From positions 92,682 to 156,681 of the forward strand of contig CAWAQU010000009.1 in the NCBI GenBank assembly GCA_963784355.1: 64,000 nucleotides of DNA. The letters run 5' to 3'. The translations under genes and the position numbers were made by a program. Below are positions 33,695-44,178 of the stretch, in pieces. Position 1 is the stretch's first letter, and each line of letters starts with the position of its first letter. The notes under the pieces are model-generated. The model searched no databases. It was not told the origin of the DNA and saw nothing but the letters and a program-made list of their open reading frames with translations. This DNA comes from an uncultured bacterium. GTDB lineage: Bacteria; Patescibacteriota; JACMRA01.

Positions 33695-34906
33695 ATGGCG
33701 CTCCCAGCCTCAAAAACCTTTGCCCCAAAACAAAAACTAACAGCCGATCAGCCGGCAAAAAACTCCTTTTGGAAAAAAATATTTGGAGGTAAACCTGAAA
33801 ATAGTGGTATCAAATTCTCAAAAAATACCATAAAAATTAAAAATTATTATCGCAAAAGTCGTTTTGAACAAAAAACAAGTGACAGTTTTAAGATATTTAA
33901 ACCCTCCCCGGAAAATTTATTAAAAGAAAAAGTAAGGACACAATTGAGACTAAATCCGGGCAAAAAATTCACTTTTGGTAATAAAAACCTACAGTTTGTT
34001 ACCAGGACCACAAACTTTTTGCAATTTGGAAACTTGGTTAGGGAAGTCAAGTTTTATATAGTAAAATGGCGCATAATTCAGCGTATAAATCAAATTATAG
34101 CTTCTGTTTTGGTTTTAAGCTCGGTCCTATTTCTTATCTATCTCACTTTTTTTGACACTATTTTTTTGGTAAAAAGCTATGCTATCACTTTTACGGATGG
34201 ATCCTATTTGGATAACAAACAAGTGCAGGAACTTACTCAAAACATACGCCAGCAAAAACTGTATGGCATTTTCCCCAACAATCAATATTGGTTTTTAAAT
34301 AGTAACAACCTGACAGTAATTGCAAAAAGTACATTACCTGAAATCAAAAACATAGAAGTAGTAAATCGAAACTGGCCTAATGAAGTAGAACTAAAAATCC
34401 AGACTGAACCAATTTTGCTTACTCTAGGAATTGTGGAAAATAGCCAAAAAAAGTACTGGAGAATTAATCAGCTGGGTAAAGTATTGTCTGAAGATGATTT
34501 GAATTTACGGGAAAATTTGGTAGAAGTGGAAAAAATTGTTTCTTTTGACAGGCCGGGTGCTAGCTTGAAAGATTATCCACTAGAGCAAAACAAAGAACAA
34601 TTGAATCGATTTTGGTTTGTGTTGTGGCTCTGGGAGGTTTTGAAGGCTACAGACAGTATTACAATAGTCAAAACAACCTTACCGACTATTTTAGATACAG
34701 ATGTGGAAGTAATGACTTTGGAGGGCACTAGGTTGTTATTTGATTCAGCTTCTATACCCAAAGAAAATCAGAAAAAAAGAATTGCCAACGTGCTTAATAG
34801 CCAGAGAATTCAGGAAGAATTGAAACAGGGTAAATTGGCCTATATTGACTTTAGAATACCTAAAAAAGTATTTGTGTGCCGTAAAGGTACAGAGTGTGAG
34901 GTGTAG
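33695..34906 (+). CDS. FtsQ/DivIB-like protein with a long basic cytoplasmic N-terminus
   Basis: Single TM, POTRA-like IKNIEVVNRNWPNEVELKI, C-terminal YIDFRIPKKVF. Confidence 0.7.
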   Translation: MALPASKTFAPKQKLTADQPAKNSFWKKIFGGKPENSGIKFSKNTIKIKNYYRKSRFEQKTSDSFKIFKPSPENLLKEKVRTQLRLNPGKKFTFGNKNLQFVTRTTNFLQFGNLVREVKFYIVKWRIIQRINQIIASVLVLSSVLFLIYLTFFDTIFLVKSYAITFTDGSYLDNKQVQELTQNIRQQKLYGIFPNNQYWFLNSNNLTVIAKSTLPEIKNIEVVNRNWPNEVELKIQTEPILLTLGIVENSQKKYWRINQLGKVLSEDDLNLRENLVEVEKIVSFDRPGASLKDYPLEQNKEQLNRFWFVLWLWEVLKATDSITIVKTTLPTILDTDVEVMTLEGTRLLFDSASIPKENQKKRIANVLNSQRIQEELKQGKLAYIDFRIPKKVFVCRKGTECEV

Positions 34907-35024
34907 GTGGTTTGTATTGCTACAGTTTGCCTATATTTTAAAAACCTGAAGAGCAAAAACCTGTTTTGACAGAAGGAGCAATTAATCGCTTAATAAATTA
35001 AATAGCAACTAAGCAATAAAGCCT

Positions 35025-35690
35025 ATGAGTCACACTCCCAAAGAACAGGAAATAATTCAAAACACACTAAAATTCGTGCAGTCACATCAACAAAAAGCTG
35101 AAAGTGCTCATGACTATTGGCATGTTATTAGAGTATGGAACAATGCTAAACTTATATCTAAAACTGAAAGTGTAGATACTTTTGTTGTGGAACTAGCTGC
35201 TTTACTTCATGATATAGCTGACTCTAAATTTAATAATGGTGATGAAGAAATCGGCGCTACTGTAGCAGGTAATTATTTAAATAGCCAAAAAATTGACTCT
35301 GAAAAAGTACAACATATCCAAAATATTATAAGATACATGTCCTTTAAGGGTGGAAATAATGAAGTAAAATTTGATTCACTAGAAAAACAGGTTGTTCAGG
35401 ATGCAGACAGACTTGAGGCTATTGGAGCAATTGGTATAGCAAGAGCTTTTACATATGGAGGATATGCAGGCAGACCTATTTACAATCCGGAAATACCACC
35501 CAATTTAAACATGTCTGTAGAAGAATACAAAAAGAATAATTCTCATACGATTAATCACTTTTACGAAAAACTTTTGCTACTTAAAGACAAAATGAATACA
35601 AATACAGGCAAAAAAATCGCAGTTGAAAGACATGCTTTTTTAGAACTGTATCTTGATAGATTCTATCGGGAGTGGAAGGGGGAAGCTTAG
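35025..35690 (+). CDS. HD-domain phosphohydrolase (YpgQ-like)
   Basis: AHDYWH, LLHDIAD, VQDADRLEAIGAIG, HFYEKLL. Confidence 0.9.
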   Translation: MSHTPKEQEIIQNTLKFVQSHQQKAESAHDYWHVIRVWNNAKLISKTESVDTFVVELAALLHDIADSKFNNGDEEIGATVAGNYLNSQKIDSEKVQHIQNIIRYMSFKGGNNEVKFDSLEKQVVQDADRLEAIGAIGIARAFTYGGYAGRPIYNPEIPPNLNMSVEEYKKNNSHTINHFYEKLLLLKDKMNTNTGKKIAVERHAFLELYLDRFYREWKGEA

Positions 35691-35767
35691 GGAAATTTAG
35701 TATATATTTGAACTATACAAAGCAAAAATTAAAATATATTTATACGACCTCCAAATAATTAATAACC

Positions 35768-37561
35768 ATGTTTGCAGAATTCAAATCAGTATTTAAAAAT
35801 GCATTTAAAGTAGTTAAGCTCAGCTATGAAATTGCCGGAAATTTAGTAATTGTCTATTTTAGTACGGTATTTATAGGTGCAATTACTCCAGTGGTTGGAG
35901 CATATATTTTGCAGATTTTTATAGACAGATTAATTACAATTAAAACTCAAGACTCAATTCCGACTGTAGTTTTTCTAATACTTGCTAGTTATTTTACTGT
36001 AGAGTGGCTAAATTCCACATTGTATAAAAATCTAAATGTAAATTATTTTGACTACTTGCTTCGAAATAAAATGCAAATAGGCTTAAATTACAGATTCTCA
36101 GCTAAAATATCAAGTTTGGATGTAGGTCATCTGGAAAATCCAGAAATTCAAAACTTAATTGCTAGAGTTCAGCAAACCTATTTATGGCAAATCGGGGACT
36201 TTTTGAGAACTTTGGGATATGCCTTTAGTTCTGTTGTAAGTTTTTTATTTAATTTCATTGTTTTAGTTAAATTCGGAATTTGGTTGCCTTTAGTTATATT
36301 ATTAATATCTTTACCAAGAGCCTATTTTCGCATGGCTTTGGGTAATTTTGCTTGGTCTATGTATGGTAGTGGAGCTCCACAAATAAAAAAATTGTGGTAC
36401 CTGGAACACTTACTTTCAGATCCAAATTCTATTTTAGAAAGTAAAGTATTTGGCTCCAGAAAAAGCTTATTAGCAAAATTAGAGCAAACTCAAAGCAATT
36501 TATATGAATTAAATAAACAACCTTTGGATAGATATAGAAAATCAGTTATTCTACTTCCTTTGTTTGAGCTTTTGGTTGTGTTTATTTTGGTAGCTTTTAA
36601 ATTTACAGATTTTCAGAATGGGTTAATTAGTATTGGTCAATTGAGTTTTTTAGTAACCATGTTAGTTAGGCTACAATCTGATTCTGTAGAAAGTGTAACC
36701 AAATTGGGTGATATATATGGTCAGAAGCTGTATATTCAGAACTATTTTGAATTAATGAATCTACCTAAGTTAATTTTAGAAAAACAAAATCCAATTGTAC
36801 TTAATGTGAAAACACCTCCAAAAATTGAGTTTAAACACGTTAGCTTTGGCTATAGACCAAACAAACTAATTCTTAAAAACATTGATTTTAGTATAGAACC
36901 AGGAGAAACTGTGGCTTTAGTAGGAATAAACGGTGCCGGGAAATCTACCCTAATTAAATTACTCTGCAGATTTTATGATGTTACAGGTGGCGAGATTTTA
37001 ATCAATAAAACCAATTTAAAAGACTACGAAATTACCAATTGGTATAAGCATATAGCTACTTTATTTCAGCATTTCGTTAAATATAATTTTACCGTAAAAG
37101 AAAATATAATGCTTGGTGCCCCGGAAATTAGCGATCAAAAAAGAGCTCAGCAGTCTGCCGAAAAATCGGGCGCAATTGAATTCATAAACAAATTTGATAA
37201 TAAGTTTGAACAAATGTTGGGACGTAATTTTGAAGATGGGGAAGAATTATCAGGAGGCCAGTGGCAGAAATTAGCTATTGCCAGAGCCTTTTATGAACAA
37301 GCACCTATTCTGATAATGGATGAGCCAACCAGTGCAATTGACGCTGAATCCGAGCAGGAAATTTTTGAGAACTTGCTTGAGGTATATAAAGGTAAAACTT
37401 TAATTTTAGTATCACATAGATTTTCAACAGTTAGAAAAGCCCAAAAAATTATTGTTTTGGATCAAGGAGAAATTGTGGAATCAGGCTCTCATGAAGAATT
37501 GCTGGCTATAAATGGTAAATATGCCAGTATGTATTTAGCCCAAGCAAAAGGATATAAATAA
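35768..37561 (+). CDS. ABC transporter, fused permease/ATP-binding protein
   Basis: TM domain plus GINGAGKST, LSGGQWQK, IMDEPTS, VSHR. Confidence 0.92.
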   Translation: MFAEFKSVFKNAFKVVKLSYEIAGNLVIVYFSTVFIGAITPVVGAYILQIFIDRLITIKTQDSIPTVVFLILASYFTVEWLNSTLYKNLNVNYFDYLLRNKMQIGLNYRFSAKISSLDVGHLENPEIQNLIARVQQTYLWQIGDFLRTLGYAFSSVVSFLFNFIVLVKFGIWLPLVILLISLPRAYFRMALGNFAWSMYGSGAPQIKKLWYLEHLLSDPNSILESKVFGSRKSLLAKLEQTQSNLYELNKQPLDRYRKSVILLPLFELLVVFILVAFKFTDFQNGLISIGQLSFLVTMLVRLQSDSVESVTKLGDIYGQKLYIQNYFELMNLPKLILEKQNPIVLNVKTPPKIEFKHVSFGYRPNKLILKNIDFSIEPGETVALVGINGAGKSTLIKLLCRFYDVTGGEILINKTNLKDYEITNWYKHIATLFQHFVKYNFTVKENIMLGAPEISDQKRAQQSAEKSGAIEFINKFDNKFEQMLGRNFEDGEELSGGQWQKLAIARAFYEQAPILIMDEPTSAIDAESEQEIFENLLEVYKGKTLILVSHRFSTVRKAQKIIVLDQGEIVESGSHEELLAINGKYASMYLAQAKGYK

Positions 37562-37590
37562 ACTATTCTATAAAGTAAATTAATAACAAT

Positions 37591-38148
37591 ATGCCCTATA
37601 TTCAACCAATAATTGAGTCTTCTGTACTTAAGCTTGTTCTGCCTAATATGGATTTAGTTTCAAGCTATTTAGACTGCCAGCAGAAAATTGTCATCAAAGG
37701 TGGTCGTCCGAACCAAGCTGAAATCGAGGCCGAGATTGAACTATTAAAAACTGATCCACAAAAAGTATTACAGAAATTTGAAGATGAGAGAAACGGAATT
37801 AATTTATCTGAAGGTAAAGTTGCTAAAACAAAATTATGGATAGTTTCCAGTAATGAGGTTGTTGGCAGCTTAGTTTTGACTAAAATACTCCCTAAAAATC
37901 ATACCTATCCAAGTAATTTAGGGTATATAATTAAACCAAGCCAGCGCGGAAAAGGTTATGCAACAGAAGCATGCCGATTAGGCTTGCAAGTTTTGAAATC
38001 TGATTTTGGTTTGGAAAAAGCTTATATTTCTTGTAATCAAGACAACCCAGCATCACGCAGGGTAATAGAAAAAAACGGCGGGACTTTGTTTGATGAGGTT
38101 TTAGGTCCGGATGGTATAGCTAAGTTGAGGTTTTTGGTTGAGTTATAG
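37591..38148 (+). CDS. GNAT family N-acetyltransferase
   Basis: LGYIIKPSQRGKGYA, DNPASRRVIEKNGG. Confidence 0.9.
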   Translation: MPYIQPIIESSVLKLVLPNMDLVSSYLDCQQKIVIKGGRPNQAEIEAEIELLKTDPQKVLQKFEDERNGINLSEGKVAKTKLWIVSSNEVVGSLVLTKILPKNHTYPSNLGYIIKPSQRGKGYATEACRLGLQVLKSDFGLEKAYISCNQDNPASRRVIEKNGGTLFDEVLGPDGIAKLRFLVEL

Positions 38149-38156
38149 TCTTTAGT

Positions 38157-38951
38157 CTATTTGACATGCTCAGTGTCGTAATATTCTCTATAATAATTTT
38201 TAAATATATCCGGTTTACTTATCTCACTTCTAGGTAAAAATAAAACATTCTCACTCTCTAAGTTTTTAATTAACCTTAAGTCTTTTTCGTTACTATTAAT
38301 ATATAAGATATGAATCGGTATATTTTTATCTATATCATACCTTGAAATTATAATTTTATCTTCGTCAATTTCATTAAAAACTTTTATATATACAGGCTTT
38401 AAGTTATTGATACCACCAATTTGGAATTGAAAATTATGGTTATTTTTATATCTACCAGGTACTTTAGGATTCTTTCTGAAATGGATTTTATTTTGCAAGA
38501 AATTATTAGAGATTTCTTCATAAAAAAGTTTCCATAAATTTGTTGGATTCATTGTTAGACTCATTGAATCTATCTCGAGTACACTATAGACCAGATTAAG
38601 AAATTTTTTATTAAATTCGATCTGACTGTTACTATCAACCTCTATATATATCTCACTATCTTCTTTGTCAAAGCCAATCCCATAGTTGGAGGTAATATTT
38701 TCGATTGTCTCTATTTTTGCTGGACCAAAGTTGAATCCCAGTGATTGCATATTCTGCATTGTAAAACAATTATCGCTTACAATAAATTTATTCCTCTGCT
38801 CACTAATATAAAAAGATACTTGTTCACCATTTTTATTGTAAGCTGGTACGAAGATTTCATAAATTAAGCCATGCTCACACTGACCCGCTTCCTCTAAACG
38901 TATGTTTGATGAATACCAGGCTGAAAAATTCGTTATTAATTCTTGAAGCAT
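38157..38951 (-). CDS. DUF1828/DUF1829-like protein
   Basis: IFVPAYNKNGEQVSFYI...VSDNCFT; NPKVPGRYKNNHNFQF resembles the PD-(D/E)xK-like C-terminal half. Confidence 0.6.
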   Translation of the reverse strand: MLQELITNFSAWYSSNIRLEEAGQCEHGLIYEIFVPAYNKNGEQVSFYISEQRNKFIVSDNCFTMQNMQSLGFNFGPAKIETIENITSNYGIGFDKEDSEIYIEVDSNSQIEFNKKFLNLVYSVLEIDSMSLTMNPTNLWKLFYEEISNNFLQNKIHFRKNPKVPGRYKNNHNFQFQIGGINNLKPVYIKVFNEIDEDKIIISRYDIDKNIPIHILYINSNEKDLRLIKNLESENVLFLPRSEISKPDIFKNYYREYYDTEHVK

Positions 38952-39304
38952 ATGAGATTAGTATTGGTTTTCACTAAATAGCCCTCTGTCTATGTCTGTT
39001 AACTCTATTGTAACATATTCGGCAAATTTTGTAAAAACATATGATATATTATTTAAGTCAAAGTTTTTGAAATATGTAAAATAACTAATTGGAATATTAA
39101 ATTTAGTCTTTCCTAAAGTAATAATTGATCCATGTACGACTTGGTTCTCATATTGTTTTAACTCTGCTATACTAATAAAAGGATTTTCTTTGTTAGTATG
39201 GGTGTTGAGGTTCGGTCTAACTGAAATTCTTAATATTACTTCTGAAGATACTTTTTCTAAAAGGCAAAAGGTATATTTGGGGTGATTGTCAAGCCCCCGA
39301 AAAA

Positions 39305-40257
39305 CTAGACACTTAATTCTAAACTTTTAAACTGATTTTCTTGATCTTTTTTAAACTGATTTTGTACTTGACTTAGCTCCTCATATTTCCTCCTAAAATT
39401 AGCAGGCATTTCTCTAATTGAAGTATGAATCCTTTTATTGTTGTAATAGTAAATCTGCTTGTAAATAGCTTCACCTGCAAGTTCCACAGATTTGAATCTG
39501 TTTAATCTACCCAGTTCAAATTTAAATTTACCGTAAAAACTCTCCTGATACCCGTTTTCCCAAGGACTGGCTTTTTTAGATAATGAAATACCAATACCTA
39601 GATCGTTTAACAATTCCTGATAATCATACGAGGTATATTCACTACCCTGATCAGAGTGAAATATGCTAGGTGCTCCAAATCTTTTAATCGCCATACCCAA
39701 AGCTTTTGTCACTAAAGCAGTATTATGCCTGTTACTAATTTCAAACCCTACAACTTCTTTAGAAAAAGTATCAATAACTGTAGCTAAGTAAAGAAATGAG
39801 TTGTTGTAGCTAAGATATGTAAAATCAGCTGACCATGCTTGATTAGGTTTTGTTAACTGTTTTTCTGTAATAATTGGTTTAAGCAGATTTGGTATTTCTA
39901 ATTCAACCCTACCTAAATCACACTTTTTAACTAAATATTTTGGCTTCCTGTAATGTGGATAGATACTAAATTTCCTCATAATCCGTCTTGCCCTATTATT
40001 ACTCCACTTAAAGTAAATAGCTACCCTACGGTAGCCATAACAAGGATTGTCCTCAAGTAACGATAATATTTCTTGTTTATGATGATTATCTGACAGATTT
40101 CGTTTAGAAGTCAGATAAAGTGATGTTCTATTGAGCTTAAGAATATTAGCCAGTAGCGATTTGTTTGTACTTGGATACTCAATTAAGCAGACTCTAGCCA
40201 GTTTTAACCTTTCAGATTTAGGCAGTTTGTTGATTTCAAAACAGTTTATCTTTTTTT
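39305..40257 (-). CDS. IS3 transposase OrfB (DDE/rve); frame open back to the A9 run
   Basis: YGYRR, WSADFTY, YLATVID, HSDQGSEY, ENGYQESF, YYNNKRIH. Confidence 0.88.
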
Positions 40258-40514
40258 TTATTCAGCTTATCAACATCAATTGTAAGTCTACCTATTAAAT
40301 CAATTAATTGTTGTTTTTCTCTTTTCAGTCTTGCTACTTCTAGAGTTAAGTTTTGTTGATGACCTGATTCTAGCATCTTGTTTTTAGTCCAACCATATAC
40401 TGTTTTTTCGTTTAATCCGTTCTCACGACATATTTCTACAATACTTTTACCTGATGTTTTAATTTGCTCAAGGATTTGATCTTTGAGTTCTTGAGGGAAA
40501 CGCCTGCCTTTCAT
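40236..40514 (-). CDS. IS3 transposase OrfA (HTH + leucine zipper)
   Basis: RRFPQELK...SIVEICRENGLNEKTVYGW...EVARLKRE; ends near an A9G run. Confidence 0.88.
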   Translation of the reverse strand: MKGRRFPQELKDQILEQIKTSGKSIVEICRENGLNEKTVYGWTKNKMLESGHQQNLTLEVARLKREKQQLIDLIGRLTIDVDKLNKKKDKLF

Positions 40515-40524
40515 AACATAAATT

Positions 40525-40556
40525 ATGTAACTGTTTTAAAATGTAACTGTTTTAAA
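40525..40556. repeat. Exact 16-bp tandem duplication in the IS left end
   Basis: ATGTAACTGTTTTAAA x2, followed by hairpin TTTCTGAA-tag-TTCAGAAA. Confidence 0.9.
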
Positions 40557-41333
40557 TCATTTCTGAATAGTTCAGAAACTTATGTCTAGTTTAGCAGATG
40601 CGGGTCAGATACAATTTAGCTTTACTCCCAAATCTAGCTTTTTTTAAACTAGTATTAAACTCATTGAATATAATGGAGAAATTGAACTTCAGAAATTCCT
40701 GTATGCAATTCAATTCTGCATTATGTTTTGTCTCACTATTTCTCAATCTTATGCTTCTATAAAAAAAACTCGTCGGAAAGATTTTTGAATTTCTTTGGTT
40801 TAGATAATAATAATCTTAGCTCATTATGCACCTCAATAGGTAGATCTTGAAATAAGGACATATTTTTTTGTAATGGAAAGTAAAGTACAAGTGTTTAATC
40901 ATAGCTGATTATTTCAGTCAAGTCCAAACAAAACTATACGTCAGACAAGTAACTAAAGTTTCAGAATTATGTCTCTTATTATATGAGTAAATCTAAGCTC
41001 GGAATATAGAGTAATTTATATACCTGCAAATTCAGATATTAATGTAAATAGTTGGGAAAAGGAGATAATAAGGGTAATGACTCCTGATGAGAAATTTATT
41101 ATAGAATATGATTTTCAGTCTTGCCCGAGAAAAGAAATCAAAGCAAGTGGAGAGTATTTAAAAATCTATCAAGAGAGAAAGCAAAAAAGGCAAAGAGAAG
41201 TGTGATAGTTATTTTATTTAATCTTAAAAAGCAGACTCGACTTTGCTAGAGGGTCAAGTTATACATTTTAGCTTTTCAACCCAGATAAACGAGTTTGCAA
41301 ATAAGTGACTTTTATGCTTTATTTGTTTTATAT

Positions 41334-41900
41334 ATGGAAGATTTACCTGGAAAATTTAGTGAAAAAATAATCGTTGATGAGGTTGAAAAGAGGGAGCTGA
41401 TGAAAACAAAAATGCTAGCTTTTTACGAAGGTCTTGATCTAAAAAGTGGTTATTCCAAAGAGATAGTATTAACTATACTTTCAATATTATTTAGATTTTA
41501 CAATAAAATGAAGCAACCTTTTACTTTAACTAAAGAAGAGTCGAGTCTGTTACTTTCGATTTTACAAACAGAGGATGAATTAAAGCTACAAGTGCTATAT
41601 ATTAACTGGCTTTATCCAAAAATTGTAAATGGTAGGCAGGATAAGTTGCCTAGTTCATCTAAAGCATCTCAGCAACTTCAAGCTGCTTTTTCTGAGGGAC
41701 TTTTTGATCATAAAAATTTAGAAAAGATTAATGAAGATTACGAAAATGAGTTAATTAAGCTTGAAGATTTAAAACAGTATTATTTTGGTCTACTTCATTT
41801 AGAAGGTGCATTAGATTGGGAATTAACACCGTCATACGAGTCCAAACAGTTGATAAACAAGCTATTAAGCCTAAAATTTATAAATCAGTCTGAAGAATAA
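41334..41900 (+). CDS. Hypothetical protein
   Basis: Open helical-looking ORF; start ATG 41334 or TTG 41295. Confidence 0.55.
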   Translation: MEDLPGKFSEKIIVDEVEKRELMKTKMLAFYEGLDLKSGYSKEIVLTILSILFRFYNKMKQPFTLTKEESSLLLSILQTEDELKLQVLYINWLYPKIVNGRQDKLPSSSKASQQLQAAFSEGLFDHKNLEKINEDYENELIKLEDLKQYYFGLLHLEGALDWELTPSYESKQLINKLLSLKFINQSEE

Positions 41901-41931
41901 GAAAATTTTTATCCCTCAATAATTTGTTAAC

Positions 41932-41960
41932 AAAAAAACAACCCCTATTTCTAGGGGCTT
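41932..41960 (-). terminator. Intrinsic terminator after gyrB
   Basis: CCCCTA-gaaa-TAGGGG followed by a T-run on the minus strand. Confidence 0.65.
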
Positions 41961-41987
41961 TCATGTGTACTAAAATCAACGTTTAAA

Positions 41988-44030
41988 CTAAAGCAACTCC
42001 ACATCTGCAAAAACTGCGTTGTCTTCAATAAATCTTTTTCTAGGCTCTACGTCGCTACCCATCAAATCTTCAAAAACCTTGTCGGCTATTGCCGCTTCTC
42101 CGATTGTTACCTGGTATAGTAAGCGAGTTTTAGGGTCCATAGTGGTGTCCCAAAGCTGCTCAGGATTCATTTCACCAAGTCCTTTATAACGTTGTATTTC
42201 AAACTTGAAAGCTTTGTCCGGACTATCAGTCTGAACTTTTTTAAGCAAAGTCTCTTTCTCTAAATCACTGTAAACGTATTCAAACTTTTTACCCCATTGT
42301 ATTTTGTAAAGAGGTGGTCGAGCCATGTAAATGTATCCATCTTCAATCAATTTCGGCATGTAACGATAAAAGAAAGTCAATAAAAGTGTGGTAATGTGAG
42401 CTCCATCTACGTCAGCATCTGTCATTAAAATAATTTTGTGGTATCTCAATTTTTCCACATCAAATTTATCTCCAATTCCGGTACCAAAGGCAATTACCAT
42501 ATTTTTGATACCTTCGTAGTTCAATATTCTGTCCAAAGTAGCTTTTTCAGTATTTAAAACTTTACCTCTAAGTGGCAAAATAGCTTGGGTATGCCTATCT
42601 CTTCCTTGTTTAGCACTACCACCGGCAGAATCTCCCTCTACGATATATATTTCTGATTTTTCAGGATTTTTCTCACTACAATCGGCCAATTTGCCCGGTA
42701 AAGCCATGCTTTCAAGCACCCCTTTTCTCAGTACGTTGTCTCGAGCTGCTCTAGCTGCCAGTCTAGCTTTCATAGCCAGTTGAGCTTTTTGTACAATAGA
42801 TGCACCGATAGCAGGATTTTCTTCCAAATAAGTACCAAACTTATCCGTTACAAGTCTATCAGTAAAGGTTCTGGCAATTGTAGAACCCAATTTTACTTTT
42901 GATTGTGAGGTAAACTGAGGATCAGTCATTTTGATGGATAAAACTACTCTGACACCTTCTTTTAAATCATCGCTGGTAAACTTTTCATCTTTTTTGAAAT
43001 AATTTTTGCTAGCTGCGTAGTTATTGATCAATTTTGTTAAAGCTGTTTTATATCCTGTGACATGCATTCCACCTTCAGCATTCATAATACCGTTGGTAAA
43101 AGCATACAATTTTTCGTTGTAATCTGAGCCGTAAGCGATGGCCATTTCCAAGTGAAAGTTTTCTGCCTCACCTTCCATATGGATGATAGGAGTTTGTAAC
43201 TGTTCACCTTTAGTGATGTCCTCAAGATAAGTGTAGATTCCTTTTGGAAAGCAATACTGAGCTGATTTGGTAGCTCTGTTTTTTGCAGCAGGTTTTTCTA
43301 GATTATCATCCTCAGAATTTTCGGTTTCAGGGCTTTCACTATTTGTATTAGAAGAGTCACCCATAGCTTCTACTTCAAAAAGAATGTTGAACCCTTTGTT
43401 TAGATAAGCTTTGTTTTTTAAATCCTCATCAATCTCTTTTATATTAAACTCAGTTGTTTCGAACATGGACTTGTCAGGCCAAAATGAGACTATAGTACCG
43501 GTTTTTTTCCAAACTGTATTGCCGATTAATTCAGGAAATTTGCCGGCTAGTAGATTTTCATCGAAAACTTGTATCTCGCCGATAGTTTTACCCTTAGAAA
43601 AGCTTAAATAACTCACTTTTTTGTCTCTAAGCACCCAAACTTCCATTTTTTCAGATAAAGCATTTACTACACTAGCACCAACACCGTGTAAACCTCCGGA
43701 AAACTTATAGTTGGCCTGGTCAAATTTACCTCCGGCGTGGAGTACGGTCATAATGGTTTCCAGGGCTGTTTTGCCGGTTTTGGAGTGAATATCAGTAGGG
43801 ATACCACGGCCGTCATCAGAGACTAAAATTGAATTATCATTTCTTATCACAACTTTCATGGTGGTAGCGTGTCCCGCCATAAATTCATCTACGGAATTAT
43901 CTAAAATCTCTCCAAGACATCTATGTAATCCCTCTTTTCCTGTATTTCCAATATACATTCCCGGTCTCTTTCGAACTGCTTCTAAACCCTCTAAAACTGT
44001 AATGTTGGACGCTTCGTAGTTTGTTGACAT
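41988..44030 (-). CDS. gyrB: DNA gyrase subunit B (type IIA topoisomerase B subunit)
   Basis: LEAVRKRPGMYIG, HAGGKF, VEGDSAGG, PLRGK, DADVDG, QRYKGLGEM; about 25-aa acidic insertion. Confidence 0.93.
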   Translation of the reverse strand: MSTNYEASNITVLEGLEAVRKRPGMYIGNTGKEGLHRCLGEILDNSVDEFMAGHATTMKVVIRNDNSILVSDDGRGIPTDIHSKTGKTALETIMTVLHAGGKFDQANYKFSGGLHGVGASVVNALSEKMEVWVLRDKKVSYLSFSKGKTIGEIQVFDENLLAGKFPELIGNTVWKKTGTIVSFWPDKSMFETTEFNIKEIDEDLKNKAYLNKGFNILFEVEAMGDSSNTNSESPETENSEDDNLEKPAAKNRATKSAQYCFPKGIYTYLEDITKGEQLQTPIIHMEGEAENFHLEMAIAYGSDYNEKLYAFTNGIMNAEGGMHVTGYKTALTKLINNYAASKNYFKKDEKFTSDDLKEGVRVVLSIKMTDPQFTSQSKVKLGSTIARTFTDRLVTDKFGTYLEENPAIGASIVQKAQLAMKARLAARAARDNVLRKGVLESMALPGKLADCSEKNPEKSEIYIVEGDSAGGSAKQGRDRHTQAILPLRGKVLNTEKATLDRILNYEGIKNMVIAFGTGIGDKFDVEKLRYHKIILMTDADVDGAHITTLLLTFFYRYMPKLIEDGYIYMARPPLYKIQWGKKFEYVYSDLEKETLLKKVQTDSPDKAFKFEIQRYKGLGEMNPEQLWDTTMDPKTRLLYQVTIGEAAIADKVFEDLMGSDVEPRKRFIEDNAVFADVELL

Positions 44031-44126
44031 AGCTTAAAAGTCAAGGATTTATCTGCTTTTGTCAACTGTTTTGCTCTGTATTATCCAAAGAAGAAGGCTA
44101 CTAATTTAGATCAAACTGGATAAAAC

Positions 44127-44155
44127 GTGACAAAAACCAAAATATATTATATAAT
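44127..44155 (+). promoter_or_regulatory. Sigma70-type promoter for the SPFH gene
   Basis: GTGACA-N17-TATAAT. Confidence 0.65.
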
Positions 44156-44178
44156 ATGGCTGATTAAATTAAATTTAT

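Larger units (their letters stand above)
39287..40607 (-). mobile_element. IS3-family insertion sequence, 1321 bp
   Basis: Imperfect 25-bp IRs TGTCAAGCCCCCGAAAAACTAGACA / TGACCCGCATCTGCTAAACTAGACA (17/25); GAT duplicated at 39284-39286 and 40608-40610; orfA and orfB. Confidence 0.92.
38958..40645 (-). pseudogene. Decayed partner gene of the DUF1828-like protein, interrupted by the IS and by frameshifts
   Basis: Removing the IS and one GAT copy restores KLDLGVKAKLYHPKYTFCLLEKVSSEVILRISVRPNLNTHTN...; a second frame ends FAEYVTIELTDIDRGLFSENQY* just before the DUF1828 start. Confidence 0.5.

Noticed and set aside
44122-44132. 11-mer AAAACGTGACA shared with the region upstream of the ECF sigma gene
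   Set aside because: Here it is explained as the -35 of a GTGACA-N17-TATAAT promoter, and no matching ECF-type -10 is evident
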